Assembly: GCA_965287045.1 (NCBI GenBank)
Contig: OZ336870.1
Coordinates: forward strand, 151,466,001-151,530,000
Source: Carcharhinus amblyrhynchos
Lineage: Eukaryota
DNA length: 64,000 bases
Direction: 5' to 3'
The position numbers and the translations under genes were made by a program. Of this stretch, positions 53,555 through 64,000 are shown in pieces (the stretch's first letter is position 1; the number at the start of each line of letters is the position of its first letter). The notes under the pieces are model-generated. The model made no database searches. It saw only the letters and a list, made by a program, of their open reading frames with translations, and was not told where the DNA came from.

Positions 53555-54316
53555 ATAGAACATAGAACATTACAGCGCAGAACAGGCCCTTCGGCCCATG
53601 ATGTTGCACCGACCAGTTAAAAAACAATGACCCACTCACCTAAACCAATCCCTTTTTGTCCATAAACCTATCCACGGATCTCTTAAACACCCCCAAACTA
53701 GGCGCATTTACAACCGCAGCAGGCAGGGCATTCTAATCCCTCACCACCCTCTGGGTAAAGAACCTACACCTGACATCTGTCCTATAACTACCCCCCCTTA
53801 ATTTAAAGCCATGCCCCCTCGTGCTAGCTTTCTCCATCTGAGGAAAAAGGCTATCACTGTCCACCCTATCTAAACCTCTAATCATCTTATATGTTTCAAT
53901 AAGATCCCCTCTTAGCCGCCTTCTTTCCAGCAAAAACAACCCCAAATCCCTCAGTCTCTCCTCATAGGACCTCCCCTCCATACCAGGCAACATCCTGGTA
54001 AACCTCCTCTGCACCCTCTCCAAAGCCTCCACATCCTTCCTGTAATGTGGGGACCAGAACTGCACACAGTACTCCAAGTGCGGCCGCACCAGAGTTGTGT
54101 ACAGTTGCAACATGACGCTGCAACTCCTAAATTCAATCCCCCTACCAATAAACACCAAGACACCGTATGCCTTCTTAACAACCCTATCTACTTGACTCCC
54201 AACTTTCAGGGATCTATGTACACATACACCTAGATCCCTCTGTTCATCCACACTATTCAAAGTCCTCCCGTTAGCCCTATACTCAACACATCTGTTATTC
54301 CTACCAAAGTGAATTA
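53555..54316 (-). mobile_element. Young CR1-clade LINE, 3' part
   Basis: 217-aa minus ORF with EQRDLGV, LVRPHLEYCVQFWSPHYRKDVEALERVQRRFTRMLPG and RRRLRGDLIETYK; (atagaac)n tail. Confidence 0.93.
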
Positions 54317-57300
54317 TGGTTCTATTATTGCATTGAACTGGTTTAAGAAGTGATTCTATATGTTCATTTCCTGCTGTTAAAGTCACCCCACTGGGATAGT
54401 GTTAACAATGCTGGACGAGGTAACAGCAGCTTACTGCAGCTGCCAACCTGAGTGGCTAATTCATTCCACCAATTATAACTTGGCAAGTTACAGAAGCAAT
54501 ACAAATAGAATAATGAAAAAAATTAAACATTTGTCTATTAGGACATCCCAATCAGTTGACTGGAACTGATGCACTGACCCAAGTACACATATGACTCTTT
54601 GTAATTTACCTCCTCTCTTAGAAATGTGTTTGTGTAGCAGGTCTGTCAGAATTTTAGGATCTTTGAAGTTGTACACACATCAATATTTATCATGGAAATT
54701 GTGCTGTGTGTAAAAAAAAAATTTGTTTGGACTCACGTTTGTGACACTGAATTATAAATTTCTTTCTCCACTGATTAACATTTGTCAGGTCACTGCCCAT
54801 TTTGTAGCCAAATGAGCCGCTTGCAGAATTATTCATACAGTCAGAATACTCAGAACCCTGCTTGGCCATGGAACTAACCTTCCACACCTCAAACACAGTC
54901 CCTGATTTGCAAGCAGTTGTGGACAGCCAAAAGACTTTATTTATCCCAGAATCCTTGATGAGGTTCATAAAATTAGTTGGCTGCTGAATGCTGGGCCAGT
55001 TTAATTATGTGCATCTGACCACTCAGCAAAATTTGTAAATGTTTGTTAATGAATAAGCTGGAAAAAAGTTTGCCTATTTGATCAAAGTATGAAGAATGTT
55101 TCATTTGGCAGTGGATAGCTTTGATCCACTAACAGCTGAGGGTAGTTTACAAAGCTGAAGCATAATTTCAAATCTTAAATCGAATTGGAAATTTTAGAAA
55201 TTATTTCTGCACTGCTGTTGCAAAATGCTCTTTGTTATTTTGTTTAAATAGTTTACGAGATAGTTAATGTAGTCTGGGAGAAATCGGCTACTTTGCAGTA
55301 GGCTCCAGTGGTTGGAAATAAAGTATTTCATAAACCCAAGAAATCATAAGGCGCGTTTATCTGTTGAAGTCGGTAGATAAACGGGCACAATCCTGGAGGG
55401 GGTGGCGAATGCTTGTGCTACAACTGCTCTCCTTGTAAGGTGACATCCTGCAAATTATCTTTGATGCTTGGGATATTGTTTTCTGTCAAGCTGTTTGAAA
55501 TGTGTTTAAAATTTTTCTGTCAATTCGTATCTTTCTTTCTTTATCTCTGTAGATATTTAAATTCCATGAGTCTTTGTAGCTATCCAATTTTATGTTACCC
55601 TTACCAGAGGAGAACTCTTTGCAAAAAGGAGAACCAATAGAAACATCAGACTCATTGAGTGCTCTGCGCCCTCCCATTGGCACCCACGTGTGTGAACAGG
55701 CAGGACAAACATTGCATTGGCAGATGTTTAGTGTGGTAGAGCCTCTTTTTCCCAGTGGACGATGAAACAGATGACCTGATGGCACACCTAATATATTTGA
55801 ATATCTGGCTAACCATGATGTTGGATATTTTCTGAGAACATCCCTGTCATAGTCCATCAAGCTCATAGTGGTAGCAAATGCAAAGTAGGTATATCAAGGA
55901 GGGCAAGCACCAGCACAATCTTGTTTGCACTCTTCAAGACCATGTCAAACATTATGCAGGCAATGCTCCACCTGGCAACACACATGCTATCCTGTTATGT
56001 TCTTTCTAAATACTTAGAAAATCTTATTCTTACTGTGTTGTTCCTTTAATTGTATGCAACTCTTTAAATGAATACTTCAGCGCAATGTTCTATTTCCACC
56101 ATTGTTTGTCTTGCTGCACACAACCAAAACTGCACTTGGAGAACTACATAATTGTGATAATAAGCTGATATTGAAAATTAGTTGCAAATACCAGTGACAA
56201 GTTTGCCATCACACTTTTGCTGGTTGGCTCAAAGTTAAAATACAGCATGTTAGAAGTGAAGGGCAAAATATTAACAAAACCTCCAATGAGAAACTGCTAA
56301 GGACTTTGAAAATGACCAGTGCTCTATGATTGGTCAGAAAATATGCCTGTTATAAAATGATGGCACAGCTGATTATTCAGAACACTCTGAAAATCTGTTT
56401 TATTTCCCCCCCCCCACCTGGAAATTGCTAATATTCAAAGTATCTCAACAGATATGCCACGGGTATATTAACCTTTAGCCCTCTCTGTTCCAGTTTAAAA
56501 AAAAAATTTTTTACCACAGAGGTTGGTAGTTCGAGTCTGGAAATTTCCCAACTCAGCAGATCTGCTTCAGTTTAAAGGATGGAGTCAGGTTTGCTGACCC
56601 CAGAGGTAGATCCTGGTGGCCACATGGAAATTGACTTTCTCAATCGCAATAGATCAGTTTCTCTGTTATTACGTTGAATACATGGAAAAATACCTCTCAT
56701 ATTACGAATAGTTAAAAGTAGTCTTCTAGACTACATAATTCATCCTATATCTTTTTTCTTGATCCTCTGGTTCTGTCTTTTGATGTCAGTGCTTAAGGAG
56801 ATTTGACTGTTTATTCTGTGTTCACCAAGTTCCCAGGTAACCCATTGATTTCACTGTGTGTGCCATTGAAAATCAAAATTGATCCAACTAATGGCAACAT
56901 GCTGTGAGATGCTTCATTCCAGAAAATTCTTAGCCAATGTCTCTAGCTTACCAGGCGAATAATAGATTCCGGATGGTACAGTGAAACACCTCTGTCCTTA
57001 CAAAAAACTGCATTTGTTGGAGCTTTTACAACACATGGAGATACCTCAGCACGTGCTTCACTTCAGGCTCACAGCTGGGGTAAAGCTCCCTAATTCAGCG
57101 CACTTTGCCATTGACGATTGAAGTTTAATTTATCACACACCATTTTTATAGACGATTTTAAAATTCTGTGGCAGGCACGCATGGATGTCTTGAAAATTGC
57201 TCAATCTCCTAGAATTTGATTCACAATAAGTGGCTTGATCCATGAGTTCACTTGTAATGTGTAACATGCTGAGTCTTTGTATTTTTCTATGTATTTTTGT

Positions 57301-57770
57301 GAATACGACAGAACTCAGTCCGAGGAAATTGAAGTGCAAACTTATGGCGCTTGATTTTTAGCCACCGCTGAGGCTAGGAGCAGGGGCTCTGGTCATCAGT
57401 CTCAAAAGAAAAATCACATCGAGTGACTGTTTTCTACATGGTGCAGTCTTCTGAGCCCCATTTGAGTCGGACTGGGGCAAGAGGAGATCAGAAGCCTGCA
57501 GAGAAATTCCTACCTATGGTCTCAATCCTAGAGCTCTATCATTCCTATGTTGGCTGTGGATATTGACTTCATATAGAATCATCAAACCATTCAGAATGAT
57601 AACTGAATTATTAGCATCTTTACAAATACTAGAGATGGTGAATGACACATCAGCAATGTACAATATACATCATGCAAAATTTGAGACTGGTACAGATGAC
57701 TGAATTATCACAAACAGATAATTAAGGAACTGTAAATCATTGATATCAGAACACATTCTCAGAGTTCATA

Positions 57771-58728
57771 TGTTTGATTTTGATTTGATTTATTATTGTC
57801 ATTAGCATACAATGAAAAATATTGTTTTTTGCGTGCTATACAGACAAAGTATACCGTTCATAGAGAAGGAAACGAGAGTGCAAAATGTAGTATTACTATC
57901 ACAGCTAGGGTGTAGAGAAAGATCAACTTAATGCAAGGTAAGTCCATTCAAAAGTCTGATGGCAGCAGGGAAGAAGCTGTTCTTGAGTCGGTTGGTAGGT
58001 AACCTCAGACTTTTGTATTCTTATCCCAATGGAAGAAGGCAGAAGAGAGAATGTCTGGGACGCGGTCCTTAATTATGCTGGCTGCCTTGCCGAGGCAGTG
58101 AGAAGTATAGACAGAGTTAATAGATGGGAAATTGGTTTGCATGATAGATTGGGCTACATTCACAACCTTTTGTAATTTCTTGCGGTCTTGGGCAGAGCAG
58201 GAGCCATACTAAGCTGTGATATAATCAGATAGAATGCTTTCTATGCTGCATCTGTAGAAGTTGGTGAGAGTCGTAGCTGACATGCCAAATTTCCTCAGTC
58301 TTCTGAGAAAATAGAGGCATTGATGAGCTTTCTTAACTATAGTGTCGGCATGGGGGACCAGGACAGATTGTTCGAAGCTCTCGACCTTTTGTACTTCATC
58401 CCCGTTGATGTAGACAGGGGCATGTTCTCCTTTACTCTTCCTGAAGTCGATGACAATCTCCTTCATTTTGTTGACATTGAGGGAGAGATTATTGTTGCCC
58501 TACTAGTTCACCAGATTCTCTATCTCATTCCTGCACTGTCTCGTCATTATTTGAGATCTGACCCACTACAGTGGTGTCATCAGCAAACTTGAAAATTGAA
58601 TTGGAGGGGAATTTGGCCATGTAGTCATAGGTGTATAAGGAGGATACTAGGGGGCTGAGAACACAACCTTATGGGGTACGGATGTTGAGGAAGATCATGG
58701 AGGAGGTGTTGTTGCTGATCCTTACTGA
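57771..58728 (-). mobile_element. Rex1/Babar-like LINE, 3' portion
   Basis: Minus ORF KEIVIDFRK...IVKKAHQCLYFLRRLRKFGMSATTLTNFYRCSIESILS; aagtttgctgatgac (FADD) on minus near 58577-58591; (tttga)n tail near 57772-57790. Confidence 0.8.
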
Positions 58729-61014
58729 TATATAGAATTATATAAAATGATTATATAGAATGCATCAAATCTAAACCAGTGCAATGAAGATCAGAATGCC
58801 AGATATAAAACACAGGATGGCTGCCAGTAGACAGTCCAAAAGTTCTCGTATCACTGCAAGCTAAAGAGTGAAATTTAATCAGCAGAACCCTTTTCATTTT
58901 CTATATTAAACCATTTTTTAATTTTTGGCATTATTCATGTCAGAATAGGGCTAAATCATACAAGATCTCAATGAATGTAAATTGTAGAAAAAAATGAATT
59001 TTAAATTAATATTTAACTAATCATGGTCAATGTAGTTTGCTTTCTTAAATATCAACTTGTCTAACCTGGTGGGTGTGCCATTTGCTTAGTTTATAATCTG
59101 CAAGTACTGGAGTTAACAAAATCTACAAATGAGAGAAGGTATCAAATTGTACGCAGCTGGTATTTGTACAAGAGTAATAAGACTGAGATTTGACTCATGT
59201 TTGTAACATACCATGCTGGGCAACTGTGAGGAAATGAAAATCACTAGGAATTTTCTATACTTGTGGTAGAAAAATAAACATCAGTGCAATAGTTACACAG
59301 GTCATCATCCACTCTGATTTGTATGAGCTGAGCAACCAAATCTGAGAGTTTGGTCAAACTTCTTCTGGCACTGTTACAATATTGTAGCACACACTGCCAC
59401 TGTTTTTTGTGTACTGTAACGCTTCCAACAGAAACAGAACCCATTACAGATGAAGACCTCTTTTTGGCTGTCACAATAAAGCTTTAGTTATAAAGGAGAA
59501 ACTAGCAGAAAGATCAGCATCTTCTGGTAAAATTTAAGAGTTAATTTTCTGGGAGAGGTTTTTTTGGAGTATGTCTGTTGATGGTCAGAACCTCTGCCTA
59601 CCCCATGACGAAAGAAAATAATGTGCATTTATATCATGTCTTGCACTTTCTGAACTGCTTTAGAATCCATATACACAGGGGCACTTGACCCCTGCCTCAG
59701 ATATTGGGTGAAAAGACTCTTATTGCAAGCAAGTGCTCACTCATTATTTTCCAACACAAATTGAAAGAAAAACATTTTTTTGGTGGATATATATTTTCTG
59801 TTCTTGCTTGATTATCATTTACAACAGTCATAGTTTACTGAATTCAGCGTGTAGGTCACAACAGTCAAACCCTTGCAGTTTCCTGAAAGCCGTCAATCAT
59901 TCTGTAGTCAATTGCTTGCAGCAAACTGCCATTTTCACTTTTAAAATCCCTCCTTCAAAAGTCTTTAGCATGGCAGGACATCAAGAAATCACAGGTACCT
60001 CTGTATCCAGTTGGGAGTTGGCGGCAAGGGCAGAAGGATTGCTTTCAGAAGCATCCATTTTTCCAGATGCTGGATCCCTCAGTCAAGCTTTCCTGGGAAG
60101 GAAGGGGAATGGGGAAACTTGTTGCATATTAAATATGCTACTTTTCTGATTTTCTTTACGGTCAGCCATGCATCTGACATATGAAAAATTTAATAAACAT
60201 GTTTGACCACCCAATCTTCAGAGAAACCCACAAAAGTAGAATTCCTGCATGTCTTGACAAGAGGTGCAGAGCCTCCCTTCGGGAACAAAACCCCCTTAAC
60301 TAAATCCAGACATCAAATGTGTAGATTGGCTTGAGCAAAAGGTTAGCACCCTCTAGTTATGGAGACCCTCTAGGCTGGACTCCAATTAACTAAAAGCACA
60401 AATCTTAACAGCACAGAACACTGATCATTTTTCAGATGCTTATACAGCTAGAGACAACTTGCATGTTAGGACTCAAATTTATCTGAGCTGACCAAGAAGA
60501 TTCAGGAACCCCTCCAGTTTAATCCGAGGTTTTATTATTGAGCCAACCTGACTGTTTATTTTGATGATTTACGCTGCTGCATTTCCCTAGTATACAGCTG
60601 CTCAGGTTTTGGATTGCAGGAACTAGTGGGGACAGCTGACTCAGCTCCAATTCTCTTATCACCTGATATATTATTCTGTTCCTTCAGTGATTGATTAATA
60701 CAGCGTCAACCCCTTTTTAAGTGAACAGCAGTTGTTAGGAGCACCCTACAGGCAGAACTCAGCATCCCACAAGTCAACACAAAATGTACACCATCCATTT
60801 AGCCACAGCATGGCCCCATTGACCAGTGATTCCATAAATTGGAAATTGTGGAGCTTCAGCAGTGGCTGTTTGTCTCCCTGAATAATAGTCATTACCAAAA
60901 CTTGGATGTATGAGTTCATGCTCCCATATCAGACCTCTGAATATTGCCTCTGAAGCGTCTCAAGTCGCAGAATTTCTTCTTTAACTTTATAATAGATCTT
61001 CCCCTTCTGTTCAT

Positions 61015-61205
61015 GCTGCCAGGGATGGTGGTGCAGGCAGAAGCAATAGGGGCTTTTAATGGGCTTTTAGATAAGCGCATGAATATGCAAGGAATAGAGG
61101 GATTTGGACGAAGGGCAGACAGAAGGGATTAGTTTAACTTTGGTATCATGTTCGGCACAATATCTCGGGCCAAAAGGCCTGCTCCTGTTCTGTACTGTTC
61201 TGTGT
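61015..61205 (+). mobile_element. CR1 LINE 3'-terminal fragment
   Basis: LPGMVVQAEAIGAFNGLLDKRMNMQGIEGFG followed by gggccaaaaggcctgctcctgttctgtactgttctgtgtt, a CR1-type tail. Confidence 0.8.
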
Positions 61206-61550
61206 TTGGACCTATGCACAATAGCTTGTGATCTGCCAGCCACTTCTATGTTCTGTACATTCAGTCCAATCCTGCACATGGTGAACACTCATTAATAACT
61301 GCTTGACACAGATCTTCACAGGAGGGAGATTGAAAAACCTATCCAGCGTAAAGCTAACTCCCGCTTGAGGATGCTTAGTAACAGGTCAGTGGAAGCCAAA
61401 GCTGTTGCTCTCTGTAACTACCCTCCATATTCCAGAAAATCAGAAGCATTTTCTGCTGAACAACCTGAGAGTATCTGTTCCCATCAAGAATTACAGGAAA
61501 GAATGACTGGGGGAGACCATTTTTCAATTAATTTCAAAATCTGGATTCTT

Positions 61551-62023
61551 AAGAACATAAGAAATAGGAGCAGGAGTAAGCCATCTAGCCCTTCGAGCCT
61601 GCCCCGCCATTCAATAAGATCATGGCTGATCTGTCGTGGCTCAGTTCCACTTTTCTGCCCTCTCCCCATAACCCTTAATCCCCTCGCTTATCAAAAACCC
61701 ATCAACCCGCGTCTTAAAAATATTGAGCGAGGCAGCCTCCACCACCTCAACGGGCAGAGAATTCCAGAGATTCACCACCCTTTGAGTGAAGAAGTTCCTT
61801 CTCAACTCTGTTCTAAACCGCCTCCCCTTTATGTTGAGGCTGTGCCCCCTAGTCCTACTGTCCTTTCTGAGCGGGAAGAGTCTCTCCACCTCTATCCTAT
61901 CCATCCCATTCATCATCTTATATGTCTCAATGAGATCTCCCCTCATTCTTCTAAACTCTAACGAGTACAAGCCTAGTTTATTCAGCCTCTCCTCATAGCT
62001 CAACCCCCTCAACTCCGGCATCC
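61551..62023 (-). mobile_element. Young CR1-clade LINE 3' end (ORF2 C-terminus, 3' UTR and tail)
   Basis: Minus ORF MPELRGLSYEERLNKLGLYSLEFRRMRGDLIETYKMMNG...TRGHSL...RRNFFTQRVVNLWNSLP. Tail reads aagaacataagaaataggagcagg on +. CpG-rich. Confidence 0.93.
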
Positions 62024-62038
62024 TTGATCTCCCCCAGA

Positions 62039-63423
62039 ATGAACTACATACTTCTCTGCTATCTGGGATTCCTCGTCTCAGACCGAACCACAGATACCAC
62101 CTCAACCGAAGACCAGCCTATGATACCCTGGATATATGTGGTTCACCCCACCAAAGCAGGCAAATGTGAGGATGGCAAACTATGGGTACACTCCAATAAG
62201 AGTATCACCTATGGATGTAATAACCAAAGAGTGGTGTATAGGAAAGATAACGGGAGCTCTGATTACTGCTCCCTAAGGATGACCCTCACTAGTGACTGGT
62301 GGGCATACAGTAACCGTGGGTGCATGGAGCTAGCCTGTCTAGCCTATGGTCCAAAAAAAGGGCTGGAATTGGGAAAGAAGATTATTCAGAACGAGTATAT
62401 CTGCTATGAAATTAAGAATGGGTTAAGACTAACTGTTAGCACACCCATCTCCACTTGTCCCGAAACCACTCCAGGGCCCCAAAATGGGTTGATACTAAAA
62501 CACACAGGAAAAATCTTGTACGACAACATCCACCACAAATTAGTACCTGTGGTGGTAGATATTGCTGGGACCCAACTGCCAGAATGGTGCTCTCCCCAGC
62601 TGAAGAGATTATACCTCCACTTAACTCGCAGACTGTCAGGACAGAAGGTAGGAATGGATGAGAGACAAGAAAGATCCAAGAGGGAGTTAGTCAATGACAT
62701 GGCCACAGCATACGGGGCAGGGGTAGCAACTATCAATGCCCTTGATTTAGCTGACCTGGACAATAAACTTAGGGTTTTGACCCAACAGGTTAAACAGACA
62801 CTAAGTTCTATCAATGACGACAATCAGCAAGATGCTGAAGGGGAAGTGATTGGGAATGCAGCCAGCAGCCACATGGTAGCTATATTAGAAGGACATGCCA
62901 AGACAATCAATCAAATTATTAGGGAAAAAATAGAGGGTGACGACCGACAACAAAACCGGACTTTATGTAGTGCATATGGACAGTGGATGATAGAACAGCT
63001 AAGGGAAAACCTTGAGCAGGTATGTAGTGGACAGGTTCCATCTTGGATTAGTGACGAACAGATGGAACATCTATTTACGGGTAAGAAACACCCCGGGTTA
63101 TCTGGTTGCCAGATGTGACAGTTGACCAAAGTCTGGTTCAACGATGACTGCAAAGGGACTCCAGGGAAAGCCCTGGGAATGATATTAGGGCTCCCCATAA
63201 TCACTGACGACCAGGTTGGACTGAGGGTCTTTGAAGTGGAAAATATAGGAACTATCCATGAGGATATCTGGATAGGGTACGATGGCATTTTACCATACGC
63301 GGTGGAAAAAGAAGGGAGACTCATAGGCACTACTCTGGACAGATGTCAGCAAACTGATGAAATAATTGCATGTCCGTACCCAGTTTATTTAAATGAGCAT
63401 GCACTGTGTGGCTTCAGAACAAA
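62039..63423 (+). pseudogene. Endogenous viral envelope / class I fusion glycoprotein (F-like env) gene, one premature stop at 63116-63118, 3'-truncated by CR1
   Basis: ATG at 62039 with hydrophobic N-terminus MNYILLCYLGFLVS; N-glycosylation sequons NKS, NGS, NRT; furin site RSKR at 62672-62683 followed by Ala/Gly-rich ELVNDMATAYGAGVATINAL and a heptad-like helix. After the TGA the same frame stays open (QLTKVWFNDDC...GMILGLPII...LDRCQQTDEIIACPYPVYLNEHALCGF). No transmembrane anchor before the CR1 junction. Confidence 0.8.
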
Positions 63424-64000
63424 CAGGCATTTTGAGGGGAATTGCTTGTTAGAGCAGACGCAGCACGGTTTCGTTAAGGGGAAGTCGTGTCTGACAAATT
63501 TATTGGAGTTCTATGAGGATGTGTCTAGGGCGGTGGATGGAGGAGAGCCGGTGGATGTGGTCTTTCTTGATTTTCAGAAGGCGTTTGACAAGGTTCCTCA
63601 CAAGAGGTTATTGCAGAAGGTAAGGGGGCATGGAGTTGGGGGTAAGCTGTTAGCGTGGATAGAGGATTGGCTGTCAAATAGGAGGCAGAGAGTGGGGGTC
63701 AATGGGTGCTATTCGGATTGGCGGTTGGTGACTAGTGGAGTGCCCCAGGGGTCGGTGCTGGGGCCTCAGCTATTTACCATTTATATAGATGATCTGGAGG
63801 AGGGAACCGAGTGTATGGTGTCGAAATTTGCTGATGACACCAAGAGTGGTGGAACGGCAAATTGCGTGGAGGGTGTGGAGAGTTTGCAGAAGGATATAGA
63901 TAGGCTGGGCGAATGGACCAGGAACTGGCGAATGGAATTTAATGTTGGCAAGTGCGAGGTGGTCCACTTTGATAGGAATAATGGTAGGAAGGACTATTAC
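63424..64000 (+). mobile_element. Young CR1-clade LINE, 5'-truncated, reverse transcriptase core, runs off the window
   Basis: Stop-free frame translated by hand: QHGFVKGKSCLTNLLEFY...VDVVFLDFQKAFDKVPH...SGVPQGSVLGPQLFTIYIDDL...SKFADDTK...KCEVVHF. CpG-rich. Confidence 0.93.

Noticed and set aside
55380-56000. 126-aa minus ORF, possible transposon-derived Myb-like remnant
   Set aside because: Resemblance too weak to support.
61365-61961. 198-aa plus-strand ORF just upstream of env
   Set aside because: Mostly the antisense frame of the minus CR1 3' end; no gag, integrase or accessory-protein features.
62404-63330. Two 139-aa minus-strand ORFs overlapping env
   Set aside because: Antisense shadows of the A-rich env frame; no recognisable motifs.
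31705-64000. Next FAT4 exon (expected to resemble SPALTGTGT...DVNDNVP)
   Set aside because: No DxNDN-encoding, splice-bounded segment found by eye. It probably lies beyond the window, but a short exon could have been missed.
1-64000. Prokaryotic systems (CRISPR array, operons) and the many 60-120 aa ORFs
   Set aside because: Spliced vertebrate gene context with no regularly spaced repeats; the short ORFs are random or repeat-derived.

Overview
Vertebrate genomic DNA, almost certainly from an elasmobranch (shark), judged from HE1-type V-SINEs, DeuSINEs and HER1/CR1-type LINEs. The whole window lies inside the + strand gene FAT4 (protocadherin Fat 4). Five consecutive internal coding exons (132, 262, 351, 920 and 175 nt, all AG/GT-bounded and phase-compatible) encode about 613 aa of cadherin repeats. 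The first coding exon and the next downstream exon fall outside the window or were not found. The introns carry many CR1, Rex1/Babar, Penelope and SINE relics. The standout is at 62.0-63.4 kb: a near-intact viral class I fusion-glycoprotein gene (env/F-like; signal peptide, RSKR furin site, fusion peptide and heptad, F-type Cys pattern, one in-frame TGA). It has no visible LTR, gag or pol. It sits head-to-head between two young, non-overlapping pieces of CR1 LINE and reads in frame into the CR1 reverse transcriptase. This suggests LINE-mediated capture of an env RNA from a lokiretrovirus-like or F-carrying element. Two short locally templated duplications (113 bp direct, 366 bp inverted) are also visible. 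Repeat boundaries are read by eye and are approximate; family names come from recall, not a database search.
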